Assembly: GCA_051382335.1 (NCBI GenBank)
Contig: JBBCAX010000359.1
Span: 1 to 26,062, forward strand
Direction: 5' to 3'
Length of the DNA: 26,062 nucleotides
Origin: Deltaproteobacteria bacterium TL4
GTDB lineage: Bacteria; SAR324; NAC60-12
This document shows positions 1-9,183 of this stretch, piece after piece. Position 1 is the stretch's first letter; each line of letters starts with the position of its first letter. The position numbers and the translations under genes are program-made. The notes below the pieces were generated by a model, which saw nothing but the letters and a program-made list of their open reading frames with translations, was not told where the DNA came from and did no database searches.

Positions 1-83
1 CAAAAAAATATGAAAGAACTGTTTTTTGAGCAAGTTATTAATTTCATTAATAAAATTGCAGCGTAAAAACATTCATGCACGGG
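1..83 (+). mobile_element. Possible 3' end of an IS (IS1380-like): last codons of an ORF followed by a terminal repeat
   Basis: Frame 1 is open from the window edge to TAA at 64-66 (QKNMKELFFEQVINFINKIAA*). It is followed by ATTCATGCACGGG, whose reverse complement CCCGTGCATGAA resembles CCCGAGTCATGAA at 7309. The family assignment is tentative. Confidence 0.3.
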
Positions 84-372
84 TATTGAGGCTAAGGCTG
101 CTGACTTTGAAACTAAGGTCGAATTGAGAACTGAAGAAAAAGCACTCAGCGCTTCAAAAATACAATACATCGTAAAAAGCTGATTTTCTCGCTTATATTT
201 CCCCGCACGAAGGGTTAAGGACGCTAGACAGAGACATACGATCAGTGTTAAGAAGGGAGGAATCCCGTAAGGAAAGAGGTATTCAAAATGAAAAATTTCT
301 GTCATTATGCCGCGTCGTCAATTTTTGAAACAGGGATTATTGTTATGTTTCTCATTGACACATTGGAGGCCT

Positions 373-477
373 ATTGACAAGGATTATTTTCTTCAGAGAG
401 AACCTGTTCTGTTAGGTGATCTGATAATGACTGAAGTTCTTCAAGGATTTCAAACTGACAGAGACTTTGACCTATGA
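373..477 (+). pseudogene. Internal fragment of a PIN-domain (VapC-like) toxin
   Basis: Translates to IDKDYFLQREPVLLGDLIMTEVLQGFQTDRDFDL*. The GDLIxTEVLQGF motif is typical of a VapC subfamily. The N-terminal xxVDSS motif and the C-terminal half are absent. Confidence 0.6.
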
Positions 478-482
478 TGGCC

Positions 483-3400
483 CTATTTGATTTTTGCGAC
501 AATTAACGTGATGTCATCTTCCTGAGGCGTTGTTCCGTAATGTTGATAGGCTTTTTCGATGATACGATTTTTAATTTCTTCAGCACTGAGTCCCTGTGCC
601 TTCTGAAAGACATGCTTGAGTCGACGGATTCCGAAATACTCTTCCTTTTCGTTGTAATTTTCAGTAATGCCATCGGTGTACCAGACGATCACATCATCCT
701 GTTTCAACTCCATCGTTTCGAGCCTATAAGCTTGTCCAGGCGTGGCGCCCAAAGCATGACCAGGAATGAACAGCTTTGAGAATGGATTTGTCTTCTTTGG
801 ATTGCCCTCCACTTCAAAACCGGAAGGACGCCAGACGTAACAGGGGTTGTGAGCGGCACTTGAATAAATAATCCGTTTATGCTTTAAGTCAATCACTGAA
901 TAAAACATCGTCATGTGATACAGTCCCCTGGTGGTATCACACAAGACATCATTGAGCAGTTCCATAAAATAGCTGGGATGCAACAAATGCGTTGAGTCCA
1001 GGCCCATCTCACCTGATTTCAATTCCTGGGAGGCCACCGCGTTATAGAGGCTATTCACCATGGCGGTAATCAACGCGGCCGGAACGCCATGTCCTGTAAC
1101 ATCTCCGATCACCACATCCAGCGTTTGAATCTCCGGGTGATAATAATAATGGTACCAGTCTCCTCCAATTTCTGAAGCGGATTTATAGAAACTGGAAATT
1201 TCAATCGTAGCTAAAATAGGGTCTGATTTGGGAATAAGAAGTTCTTGTACCGTCTGTGCTGTTTTTAATTCCATTTTTTGGCGCTCGCCTTCTTTGAGCA
1301 CTTCCACGGCTTCCTTGATTTTCAAATGAGAATCCACACGGCTTAAAAGCTCTTCTTTATGAAAAGGTTTGGTCAAATAATCACTGGCACCACAGTTGAA
1401 CCCGTGGACCAAATCATTGAGCTGATTTTTTGCGGTCAGCATCACAATGGGTAACGTCGCTTTATTATAAGTGGTTCTGACTTGTTGACATACTTCATAA
1501 CCACTCATGCGGGGCATCATTAAATCGAGTAAAATCAAATCAGGGAGAACCCCTTTTTCTGCTTGTTCACGAAGAAGTTCCAAGGCCTGTAACCCATTTT
1601 GGGCGGTTAGGGTTTGATACTGTTTCATCCCCAATTGATTTTGTAACACCTGAATATTGACAGGCTCATCATCAACAATCATGATGGTATATTTTTGATT
1701 TGCCGCATCATTTTTGCTCATAGATTGACGCGTGTCTTCAGCTTCAGACCTCAAATTTTGGCGGCTGTCGAGCGCTCCTGTTGTGTCCGGAACCTGCGCT
1801 TCTGTCACCCTTTCCACTTGTTGAGGAAAATGTCTTTTGTCCTTTTCCTGAGCCGGATTTTGATTTGAAGCGACAGGTAGGGAAAAAGAAAAAACAGAGC
1901 CCTGCCCTTCCTGGCTCTCGACCTTGATAGTTCCCCCATGTAATTCTACTAATTGCTTGGTCACCGTCAAACCCAAGCCTGTCCCGCCATACTCCCTCGC
2001 GGTGCTCCCATCAACTTGCTCAAAGGAAAGAAAAATTCGCTGTTGTTTGTCTTTGGGAATGCCAATGCCCGTATCGGAGACGCTAATGATGACGATACAC
2101 TCAGGATTGATGTTTTCGTTCCTCTGGTGAACTTCCTCCTTACCAACGGACTCCCCATGGCTCTCGATTTTTAGGTTTGCCTTAACTTCAGCAGACACAA
2201 GCACGGTGCCTGCATGCGTAAATTTAAGCGCGTTTCCCAGCAGATTGATGAGAATCTGCTGTAAACGATTTTCATCAGCCCATACCAGTAAAAAATCCTG
2301 GGGTACCTCACTCGTCAGATGAATGGCTTTATTCCCAATTAACGTTTGCGACAGTGCCAAAACAATGTCTACGGTACTTTTAATATCCACCGGTCTGAGT
2401 TGTAATTGCAGTTCTTGATTTTTCATTTTTGAAAAATCGAGTAAATCATTAACCAGATTGGATAAGCGTTTCCCGCTTTGAACAAGCATTCTTAAATTTT
2501 CAGCTTGTTTGACAGTAACCGGACCGCCAACTCCGTCTAAAATAGACTCTCCCAGACCAATAATTCCGTGAAGAGGCGTTCGGAGTTCATGTGAGGTATT
2601 CGCAAGGAACTCGTCTTTTAACTGATCCGCTTTTTTAAGATTCTCGATCGCTTCCTGCTGGGCTTGCAAGGTTTGATGCTGCGCTATAGACTTTTCGCGT
2701 TTCAGATGATTGATTCTTGCGGCTAAACCTAAGGACAGCAACATCATCTCGAGAACCGAGCCAATTTGATAGGAGTGTTTGACGATAAAATGACCAGGAA
2801 GCACTCCCATCATGCCAAGGAGTACCAAGACAATGCCAGCGATTAACGTGCTCCAGGCCAACATAAAATATTTTGCGCTGGGGACTTGGAGCCACAAGCA
2901 TTTAAGCCCAATCCATAAAAGCAAAAACAAACTGATAGCCGAGATAATAGCGCCTGTTCTGGCGGTGGTGGCATAAGGCATAAAAAAGGTCGTCACAAAC
3001 CACAAGGAAACCAGAACCAGCACCCTTATTAGCCATTGATCCAGCGTGGGTGTGTTTTGAGGCGTATTGAGAAAGTTTCGGGCAAACAAGAAGATGGAAT
3101 AGATGAATCCCACTGTTGAAAAAATCAAATTATACTTGGAAAACTCAGGAGAGTCAGGCCATAAAAACTCATTGGCAAAGCCATGTGCCGAGAGTTGATA
3201 CGAAATAAAAAATCCTAGATAGAGGACATAGTACAGGTAGCTTTTGTCTAGAATGGCCCCATAGAGCAAAAGGTTGTAAAATAACATAATGAGCATGGTT
3301 CCATAATACACGCCAAAGAGATACTGCTCATACCGTACGTGTTCAATCAAATTTACGGTGCTTCTTAGATTGGCTTCAATGGAGATCGTGCTTTGGCTTT

Positions 3401-3911
3401 TAATGCTGAAATAGTAGGTTAGACTTTGATTCGCTGAAATTTCAACAGGAAATAAGAAAAGTCGGTGTGGAATTTCTCTCGTATTGTAGGGAAGCAGAGC
3501 TCCCGTCTTTTTTTTCAAATAGGTCTGTTGTTGGGGGATATAAAGCGTGAGATAGTCGAGGTACGGAGGACCTATCTCCAAGACAAACTGTTTCTTTACA
3601 GGGAGCGGGTTCTTAATCGTTAGCCGAATCCAAAATGTTGAAGAGGAATATCCCACATTGGGTTCGTTGCTTTGGGACGGTACAAATGAAGAACTCGGTC
3701 CGGCATGACTTATCGTCTCAATGGTTTTGTTCCCTTCCGGATCCTCCAGAAGGTCCAAATAGGGACCAAGCCTATAAAAATCAGACGGGTCGGCGAGTAC
3801 CAAAGTCTCTGCCTTGAGCGACGAGGGACTCCAAAGAAACAAGCACAATAACAGGATAGAACGATTCATTGAGGAAGGTGTTATTTGTTGAAGAAATACC
3901 TTTAAGTTCAC
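483..3911 (-). CDS. Hybrid sensor: 7TMR-DISM extracellular + 7TM domain, histidine kinase, receiver, SpoIIE/PP2C phosphatase
   Basis: Signal peptide; DISM-like WIRLTI...LDYLTLY; seven hydrophobic helices; H-box FLANTSHELRTPL; N/G boxes NLLGNALKFT, DTGIGI, GGTGLGL; REC IVDDEP/LDLMMP/DYLTKPF; PP2C motifs GGDWY, GDVTGHG, YTDG, DDIT. Confidence 0.93.
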   Translation of the reverse strand: MNLKVFLQQITPSSMNRSILLLCLFLWSPSSLKAETLVLADPSDFYRLGPYLDLLEDPEGNKTIETISHAGPSSSFVPSQSNEPNVGYSSSTFWIRLTIKNPLPVKKQFVLEIGPPYLDYLTLYIPQQQTYLKKKTGALLPYNTREIPHRLFLFPVEISANQSLTYYFSIKSQSTISIEANLRSTVNLIEHVRYEQYLFGVYYGTMLIMLFYNLLLYGAILDKSYLYYVLYLGFFISYQLSAHGFANEFLWPDSPEFSKYNLIFSTVGFIYSIFLFARNFLNTPQNTPTLDQWLIRVLVLVSLWFVTTFFMPYATTARTGAIISAISLFLLLWIGLKCLWLQVPSAKYFMLAWSTLIAGIVLVLLGMMGVLPGHFIVKHSYQIGSVLEMMLLSLGLAARINHLKREKSIAQHQTLQAQQEAIENLKKADQLKDEFLANTSHELRTPLHGIIGLGESILDGVGGPVTVKQAENLRMLVQSGKRLSNLVNDLLDFSKMKNQELQLQLRPVDIKSTVDIVLALSQTLIGNKAIHLTSEVPQDFLLVWADENRLQQILINLLGNALKFTHAGTVLVSAEVKANLKIESHGESVGKEEVHQRNENINPECIVIISVSDTGIGIPKDKQQRIFLSFEQVDGSTAREYGGTGLGLTVTKQLVELHGGTIKVESQEGQGSVFSFSLPVASNQNPAQEKDKRHFPQQVERVTEAQVPDTTGALDSRQNLRSEAEDTRQSMSKNDAANQKYTIMIVDDEPVNIQVLQNQLGMKQYQTLTAQNGLQALELLREQAEKGVLPDLILLDLMMPRMSGYEVCQQVRTTYNKATLPIVMLTAKNQLNDLVHGFNCGASDYLTKPFHKEELLSRVDSHLKIKEAVEVLKEGERQKMELKTAQTVQELLIPKSDPILATIEISSFYKSASEIGGDWYHYYYHPEIQTLDVVIGDVTGHGVPAALITAMVNSLYNAVASQELKSGEMGLDSTHLLHPSYFMELLNDVLCDTTRGLYHMTMFYSVIDLKHKRIIYSSAAHNPCYVWRPSGFEVEGNPKKTNPFSKLFIPGHALGATPGQAYRLETMELKQDDVIVWYTDGITENYNEKEEYFGIRRLKHVFQKAQGLSAEEIKNRIIEKAYQHYGTTPQEDDITLIVAKIK

Positions 3912-3917
3912 GAGACT

Positions 3918-3926
3918 ATTATATCA
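3918..3926 (-). promoter_or_regulatory. Extended -10 promoter (TGn-TATAAT) for the sensor kinase
   Basis: The minus strand reads TGA TATAAT AGTCTC GTG, a perfect -10 with TG extension 6 nt before the GTG start. Confidence 0.5.
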
Positions 3927-4098
3927 TGCCTTGTTTGTTCCAGAGTTTCCAGGCTATTTTCAAGTTCAGTCTGAGCGAGTTTTTCTTTAGGAGCACCGAT
4001 CAGAAATTTCCAATTTCTAAACCAGTAAAATCAAAGCAGACAGAGGATTTTTTCTTTTTCTTCCTTGCGTCTTTTTTTAAGACCTGTTCACTTAAGTC

Positions 4099-4197
4099 TA
4101 GTGCTTAAGGAAAGTTTTGTCCTGGGAGCGAGGGCCTCTTGCCCTCACCGGAGGGCGGGACGCCCTCCCCCCGAGACAAAATTTTTCTGGACATCTA
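4099..4197. mobile_element. MITE-like element (IS630-like ends) with a REP-type palindrome doublet, copy 1
   Basis: TAGTGCTTAAGGAAAGTTTTGTCCTGGGAGC-GAGGGC ctctt GCCCTC accg GAGGGC gggac GCCCTC-...ACAAAATTTTTCTGGACATCTA; a homologous copy lies at 19611-19711. Confidence 0.7.
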
Positions 4198-4356
4198 TAA
4201 TATTGGTGACGGCTTTGCGCAGGTTTTTGAATTTTTTCAAACTCTTCAAGATTAATGAACTCAAACAGCCTTTCGACCAACGATAGACGCAGTGTTCTCG
4301 TTGAATTGAAAGTCAAGGAAACAATCAGGTTAATATTTTGACATCAGGAGAACCGC

Positions 4357-5526
4357 ATGAAAACCGTTTCAACTAAAAAAAACACCTCGAAAACACAAAC
4401 CCCGTCTTCCAACCATTCCGCGAAGGAAGCTCCCTACACTCATTACGCCACTGAGGTCTCGTTATATTCTGGAAAAACCAGGGCCTATCTCCGTTATAAA
4501 GATATCCCTTTTATTGAAGTCATCCCCTCCAGAAAGGTTTGCAAAGAAATTCTGATTCCCCAAACAGGAAAGCGTATGGTCCCTGTCCTCATGTCACCTG
4601 ATGGCCTTTGTGTTCAGGATACCACAAAAATCATTGATTTTCTGGAAACCCGTTATCCTGAACCTTCTGTCTATCCATCAACGCCCTGGCAACGGTTGGT
4701 TGCGTTATTACTTGAGGTTTATGGGGATGAGTGGCTGCTCATGCCCGCGATGCACTATCGCTGGCATTATAAGAAAGACAATTTATGGTTCATCCTGCAA
4801 GAATTTGGAAATTGGGTTGAACCGGAGTGGCCTGAGGAGCTTAAACGAATTGCCGGAATCCGCCTGGCTCTCTACTTTGGAGAACTCTATAAGCCTGTCC
4901 TGGGCATTTCCCGTAAAATCCACAAACCTCTTGAAGCCTGGTATGAAGAATTTTTAAGATGCTTCAACGAACACTTGGACATTCATCCCTTTTTATTGGG
5001 AACTCGTCCCTGCCTTGGCGACTTCGGTTTTATGGCTCCCTTGTACGCGCACCTTTATCGGGATCCTTATCCTGGAAAATTAATGCGGCGGATTGCTCCC
5101 AATGTATGCCGCTGGGTCGAACGGATGAATGCGCCGATTCCTGGCAGTGGAACCTTTTTACCTAAGGACGAAGTGCCTGAAACCTTATACCCCATTCTGA
5201 AAATGATGTTTTCAGAGCAATTTCCGGTATTGCTCGATACGGTCAACAAGGTTGATAAATGGCTTAAAAACTATCCCAAAGAAATGACGGTTCCCCGATT
5301 CATCGGTCTTCATGATTATGCTATTGGCAATGTCAAAGCAAAGCGCACCATCATGCCTTATTCCCAGTGGATGTTTCAGCGTCCGGTCATGTTTTACCAA
5401 GGTTTAAGCGCTGAGGAAAAAGCTCCCCTCAATAAATTCCTGAAGCAACTGGGAGGTTATGAAGGACTGAATGTGAACATTCAGACCCGGTTGCAGTATG
5501 AAAATCACAAACTCACTCGCCTGTAG
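4357..5526 (+). CDS. Glutathione S-transferase family protein (long type)
   Basis: SLYSGKTRAYLRYKDIPF, MVPVL (cis-Pro), QDTTKII, DEWL..AMHYRW, FLLGTRPCLGDFG; RBS CAGGAG upstream. Confidence 0.88.
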   Translation: MKTVSTKKNTSKTQTPSSNHSAKEAPYTHYATEVSLYSGKTRAYLRYKDIPFIEVIPSRKVCKEILIPQTGKRMVPVLMSPDGLCVQDTTKIIDFLETRYPEPSVYPSTPWQRLVALLLEVYGDEWLLMPAMHYRWHYKKDNLWFILQEFGNWVEPEWPEELKRIAGIRLALYFGELYKPVLGISRKIHKPLEAWYEEFLRCFNEHLDIHPFLLGTRPCLGDFGFMAPLYAHLYRDPYPGKLMRRIAPNVCRWVERMNAPIPGSGTFLPKDEVPETLYPILKMMFSEQFPVLLDTVNKVDKWLKNYPKEMTVPRFIGLHDYAIGNVKAKRTIMPYSQWMFQRPVMFYQGLSAEEKAPLNKFLKQLGGYEGLNVNIQTRLQYENHKLTRL

Positions 5527-5544
5527 TTACAAAGAAAGGAAACA

Positions 5545-6282
5545 ATGACAGAAACGAAACCACTGATCTCCCAGAACATTTCCAAATATCTCAAAGTCGC
5601 TGTTCAAGGAATCACGAACGATGTGGACTTGAATACGCCTTTGTGGGCCATAAACTGGTTCGATTTACGGAGCAAACGTTCTTATGATTTCTACAATATC
5701 CTCGCGCAGCCCTTCTTGTTGAAGGTTAAAGGTCGGGCTCACTTTAAGGGCCATCTCCTCAAAAAACTGGAAGGCTATACTCACTATGATCGAGAAATGT
5801 TACTCATCGTTTACTACCCCGGTGCGGATAGTTTTTTGACGATGGTGACTAAAAAGGCCTTCCAGGCGCTCAGCCTCTTCCGACTGTTGGGCGTTCGTCA
5901 TTTCGTGTTTGGTTTTACAGAACGAATGGATGCCGGTCCGCTTCCTCCTGAAATGCCTCGAAAATACAAAGGAAAATCTATCTATCTGGTTCATCATTTT
6001 CAGGTTGAAACAACCGCCTTGCCTCATTTTCATGAAAATTTACCGACGCTAACTGAGAAATATGGTACGGTTTTACACTTCGCGGGAAGTACCAAGGGCA
6101 GGCTTGGAACCATCAAAGGAAAAAGTGAGGTCAAGACCGTTCCCTTTTTCATGGATGGGATTTTCGTTATTAAAGCACCTGATCAGGCTGCTGTTGCAAA
6201 ATTGTTGGAGGACCCCGTCTATCAGAACTTCCGGAATCAAGCGAAAACCAACTCGCTTTACTTGTTTGGACGCGAATTCTAG
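5545..6282 (+). CDS. Hypothetical protein, possibly a DUF1330-like duplicated alpha/beta-barrel domain; probably co-transcribed with the GST
   Basis: 245-aa ORF with RBS AAGGA, 18 bp after the GST. It has two loosely similar halves (D.MLLIVYYP..DSFLTM / DGIFVIKAP....L..P.YQ..R). Confidence 0.65.
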   Translation: MTETKPLISQNISKYLKVAVQGITNDVDLNTPLWAINWFDLRSKRSYDFYNILAQPFLLKVKGRAHFKGHLLKKLEGYTHYDREMLLIVYYPGADSFLTMVTKKAFQALSLFRLLGVRHFVFGFTERMDAGPLPPEMPRKYKGKSIYLVHHFQVETTALPHFHENLPTLTEKYGTVLHFAGSTKGRLGTIKGKSEVKTVPFFMDGIFVIKAPDQAAVAKLLEDPVYQNFRNQAKTNSLYLFGREF

Positions 6283-6310
6283 AGTTTAAAGGATTGCCTT
6301 AATTTTTGTT

Positions 6311-6339
6311 TTGACAATAAGAACCACCCTAGGTATCAA
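6311..6339 (+). promoter_or_regulatory. Candidate sigma70 promoter of the cytochrome locus
   Basis: TTGACA-17 bp-TATCAA; perfect -35, imperfect -10; implies a leader of about 280 nt. Confidence 0.4.
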
Positions 6340-6626
6340 CAGCTCTGGTATTTTTTTTGCTCATACAGCAGGGGGTTCTTTGTGATAAATCGAACTCTAA
6401 CATGGTGTTTGGTTGTTGGCAGAATAACAGGGATGTTTCGTTGTGACACTGTGAATTGGTTCGCTCCGGACAAGCGTTCAACCGTCTTTAGTAAGGATGG
6501 AAAGTACGTAGTTTTACTAGTGGAATTAGAACGCTATAGGGAGTAGAACGGGGGCGGAATTTTCAAGTTAAGCTTAGTTGACAAATCAAAAGGCCATTTC
6601 AGTAAACATAATCAAAAGGAGGTTGC

Positions 6627-7292
6627 ATGCGTTTTAATAAAGGTTTTCTAATGTTCTTGGTATGTGGATTGATAGGGTTCTTTTCTTTCACCACAAGTAG
6701 TGAAGCCAAGTCATTCAAATATGTGGGCGTTGATAAATGCAAAAAATGTCACAAGAAAAAAGACGAAGGAGCTCAATACGACATTTGGAAAAAATCCAAA
6801 CTTTCAAAAGCTTTCGAAACTTTAAAATCTGATAAAGCTGCGGAAGTAGCCAAAAAAGCAGGAATCACCGGCAACGCTTCTGAAAGTCCAGAGTGCTTGG
6901 CATGTCACGTTACCGCGTTTGGTGTGGATAAAAAATCGTTGGACAAAAAGTTCAACGTGGAAGATGGCGTTCAATGTGAAGCTTGTCATGGTCCTGGAGA
7001 AAAATACGCTAGTAAAAAACCTAAAAAGGAGATCCCAAAGTTGAGAAAAGCTTTGGCTAAACTGAAAGAAGGTACCCCAGAGTACGCGAAAGTAGCTGCA
7101 GATCTCAAAAAAGAACGAGATGGTTTGGTAGCGTTAGGGATGACCTATCCTGAGGAAAAAGCCTGTAAGATATGTCACGCCGCAGAAATTACCGTTGGTG
7201 GAAAGACCTACAAAAACCCAAGTTGGGATCCTGCAAAGGGCTTCGATTTTGAAAAAGCCAAAAAGGATATTGCTCATCCCAGACTTAAATAA
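6627..7292 (+). CDS. Periplasmic tetraheme cytochrome c, c554-like family
   Basis: Sec signal (..SSEA/K); YVG..CKKCH, CLACH, GVQCEACHGPG, CKICH; very Lys-rich; RBS AGGAGG. Confidence 0.9.
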   Translation: MRFNKGFLMFLVCGLIGFFSFTTSSEAKSFKYVGVDKCKKCHKKKDEGAQYDIWKKSKLSKAFETLKSDKAAEVAKKAGITGNASESPECLACHVTAFGVDKKSLDKKFNVEDGVQCEACHGPGEKYASKKPKKEIPKLRKALAKLKEGTPEYAKVAADLKKERDGLVALGMTYPEEKACKICHAAEITVGGKTYKNPSWDPAKGFDFEKAKKDIAHPRLK

Positions 7293-7308
7293 TTCATAAT
7301 CAAACACA

Positions 7309-7451
7309 CCCGAGTCATGAAGATTCATGGCTCTTAACGCAAAGACGTTGAGGCCATCTGAAAGCCCTTTAGCGAAAGATCCTCTACGTTCTTTGCGTCT
7401 CTACATTGAATGAAGTCAACTTAACTTTGGTTCGGATTTGCCCCGGTTAGG
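7309..7451. repeat. Palindromic MITE-like insert (CC...GG ends, IS1380-like?)
   Basis: Hairpin GAGTCATGAA/TTCATGGCTC (7312-7333); inverted arms ACGCAAAGACGTTGAGG (7337-7353)/CCTCTACGTTCTTTGCGT (7381-7398); ends in TTTGGTTCGGATTTGCCCCGGTTAGG. No target duplication seen. Confidence 0.45.
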
Positions 7452-7631
7452 TTGAGAAGACTATTGGTATTCTTTAAGACTGCAAAATAGATAAGAGATG
7501 AAGCGCCATAAACCCTCGCAAACTTTTAAAGTACCCGTCGTTCGCCGTTTACTCCATCCCTTTTTACATTTGCTTAAAGAAGCGGAAACAGATGCCCCCT
7601 TTTGTTAATCACATAACTTAATGGTTTTTAT

Positions 7632-9155
7632 ATGCCTATTCAAGAAACAGAAACCCAGCCAGAGAGACCAACTCCGAAAACCGTATATAATTTAGTCAGC
7701 ATTGTTGGGGCGGCTATCGCTATTTTCGGTACCGTCGGCGAGGTGTTTTTCTTCGCGATGGAACTGATGTCCAGCCAAACTCCCGCCTATCAGGGGTTGG
7801 TTTATGTGTTGCTTTTGGTCCTGATCGTTGTGGGGCTCGGAACCTTCTTTTGGGGATATCGACGGGAGAAAAAACGTCGCCAGTCAGGGTTGGGGCCAGG
7901 GATCTCTGCCAAGTTCATCGCGGAAAATACACTGCTTATCTTTTTGTTCGGTATAGGCTTGATTGCCGCCTTGACCATTGTGGTGGGTATGGGGTCCTAT
8001 AAAGTTTACCACATGACAGAGTCTAACGAATTTTGTGGGCAAACGTGTCACAGTGTCATGAATCCTGAGTATGTGACCTACCACAGTTCCTCTCATGCCC
8101 GTGTCCGGTGTGTGGAATGTCATATCGGGTCAGGAGCCGGATGGTATGTCAAATCCAAGTTGTCAGGACTCAGACAGGTGATCGCGGTTGCCGCTAACAC
8201 GTATCCTCGTCCAATCGAAACCCCTATCCACAATCTGCGTCCTGCTCGTGAAACCTGTGAACAGTGCCATTGGCCGAAAAGATACATCGGCTACAAGGAA
8301 GTCATTCGTTCCTATTTCCTGTCAGATGAAAAAAATACACCGCTCAAGTTGAGAATGCTGATGAAAATTGGAGGGGAAAAGACAGGCTTCATGAAAGGTT
8401 CAGGTATCCATTACCATATGCTGCTCGCCGCCAAAGTGGAATATATTTCTCGTAGCGAAAAAAGGCAGGACATCCCTTGGGTTCGAATCCTCCGTGACGA
8501 TGGCAGTGTGACCGTCTACAATCATCAGGAAAAACCTCTCAGTGAGGCCGAAATGAAAGAGCTGCCCGTTCGCACCATGGACTGTATGGATTGTCATAAT
8601 CGGCCTGCGCATAAGTTTTTGACACCCATGGAAGCGGTCAATCGTGCCTTGGAGGAAAATGCTATTTCTCCTGAAATTCCGATGATTAAATTACAAGCTG
8701 TCAAGGCACTGGATGCTGATTATAAAACTACCGAAGAAGCACTCACGGGTATTGCCAGTAGCTTGCGTACCTATTACCAAAAAAATTATCCCGAGGTTCT
8801 TGAACAGGATCGATGGCAAAATACCGTCAAGGAAGTTCAACGTGTCTATCAAAAGAACATTTTCCCGGAAATGAACGCTAAATGGTCCGCTTATCCGGAT
8901 AACATCGGGCATCGTGATTGGCCTGGATGTTTCCGTTGTCATAACGACCAAATGAAATCCGCTGAAGGCGACACTATTTTTACCACGTGCAACAAGTGCC
9001 ATCTGCTGCTTGCACAGGGTCAGGAGGTAGATCAGGTGAATGTCGATTTTTCAGAGGGGTTGACCTATGTCCATCCAGGCGAGGATGAAGAATCCATGGA
9101 TAAATATACGGACTGTAGCGACTGCCATACAGGCGGTGCGGAAACATACAACTAA
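7632..9155 (+). CDS. imcH: ImcH-like inner-membrane NapC/NirT-domain multiheme cytochrome c (quinol dehydrogenase), 7 hemes
   Basis: Three N-terminal TM helices; FCGQTCHSVM (CX3CH), CVECHIG.GA.WYVKSKLSG, RPARETCEQCHWP, CMDCHNRPAH, CFRCH, CNKCH, CSDCH. This topology and heme count are those known for Geobacter ImcH. Confidence 0.82.
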   Translation: MPIQETETQPERPTPKTVYNLVSIVGAAIAIFGTVGEVFFFAMELMSSQTPAYQGLVYVLLLVLIVVGLGTFFWGYRREKKRRQSGLGPGISAKFIAENTLLIFLFGIGLIAALTIVVGMGSYKVYHMTESNEFCGQTCHSVMNPEYVTYHSSSHARVRCVECHIGSGAGWYVKSKLSGLRQVIAVAANTYPRPIETPIHNLRPARETCEQCHWPKRYIGYKEVIRSYFLSDEKNTPLKLRMLMKIGGEKTGFMKGSGIHYHMLLAAKVEYISRSEKRQDIPWVRILRDDGSVTVYNHQEKPLSEAEMKELPVRTMDCMDCHNRPAHKFLTPMEAVNRALEENAISPEIPMIKLQAVKALDADYKTTEEALTGIASSLRTYYQKNYPEVLEQDRWQNTVKEVQRVYQKNIFPEMNAKWSAYPDNIGHRDWPGCFRCHNDQMKSAEGDTIFTTCNKCHLLLAQGQEVDQVNVDFSEGLTYVHPGEDEESMDKYTDCSDCHTGGAETYN

Positions 9156-9183
9156 ACATGTCATAGCATTGAGGAGGATTTTG

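Noticed and set aside
4065..4316. Short ORFs crossing repeat elements (also 19617-19799, 23142-23366)
   Set aside because: They are by-products of palindromic inserts, with no RBS or recognisable motif.
6627..9155. Ammonia-oxidiser hao-cycA-cycB cluster
   Set aside because: There is no octaheme Hao, and the NapC/NirT protein is the 7-heme, 3-TM type rather than the tetraheme cM552.
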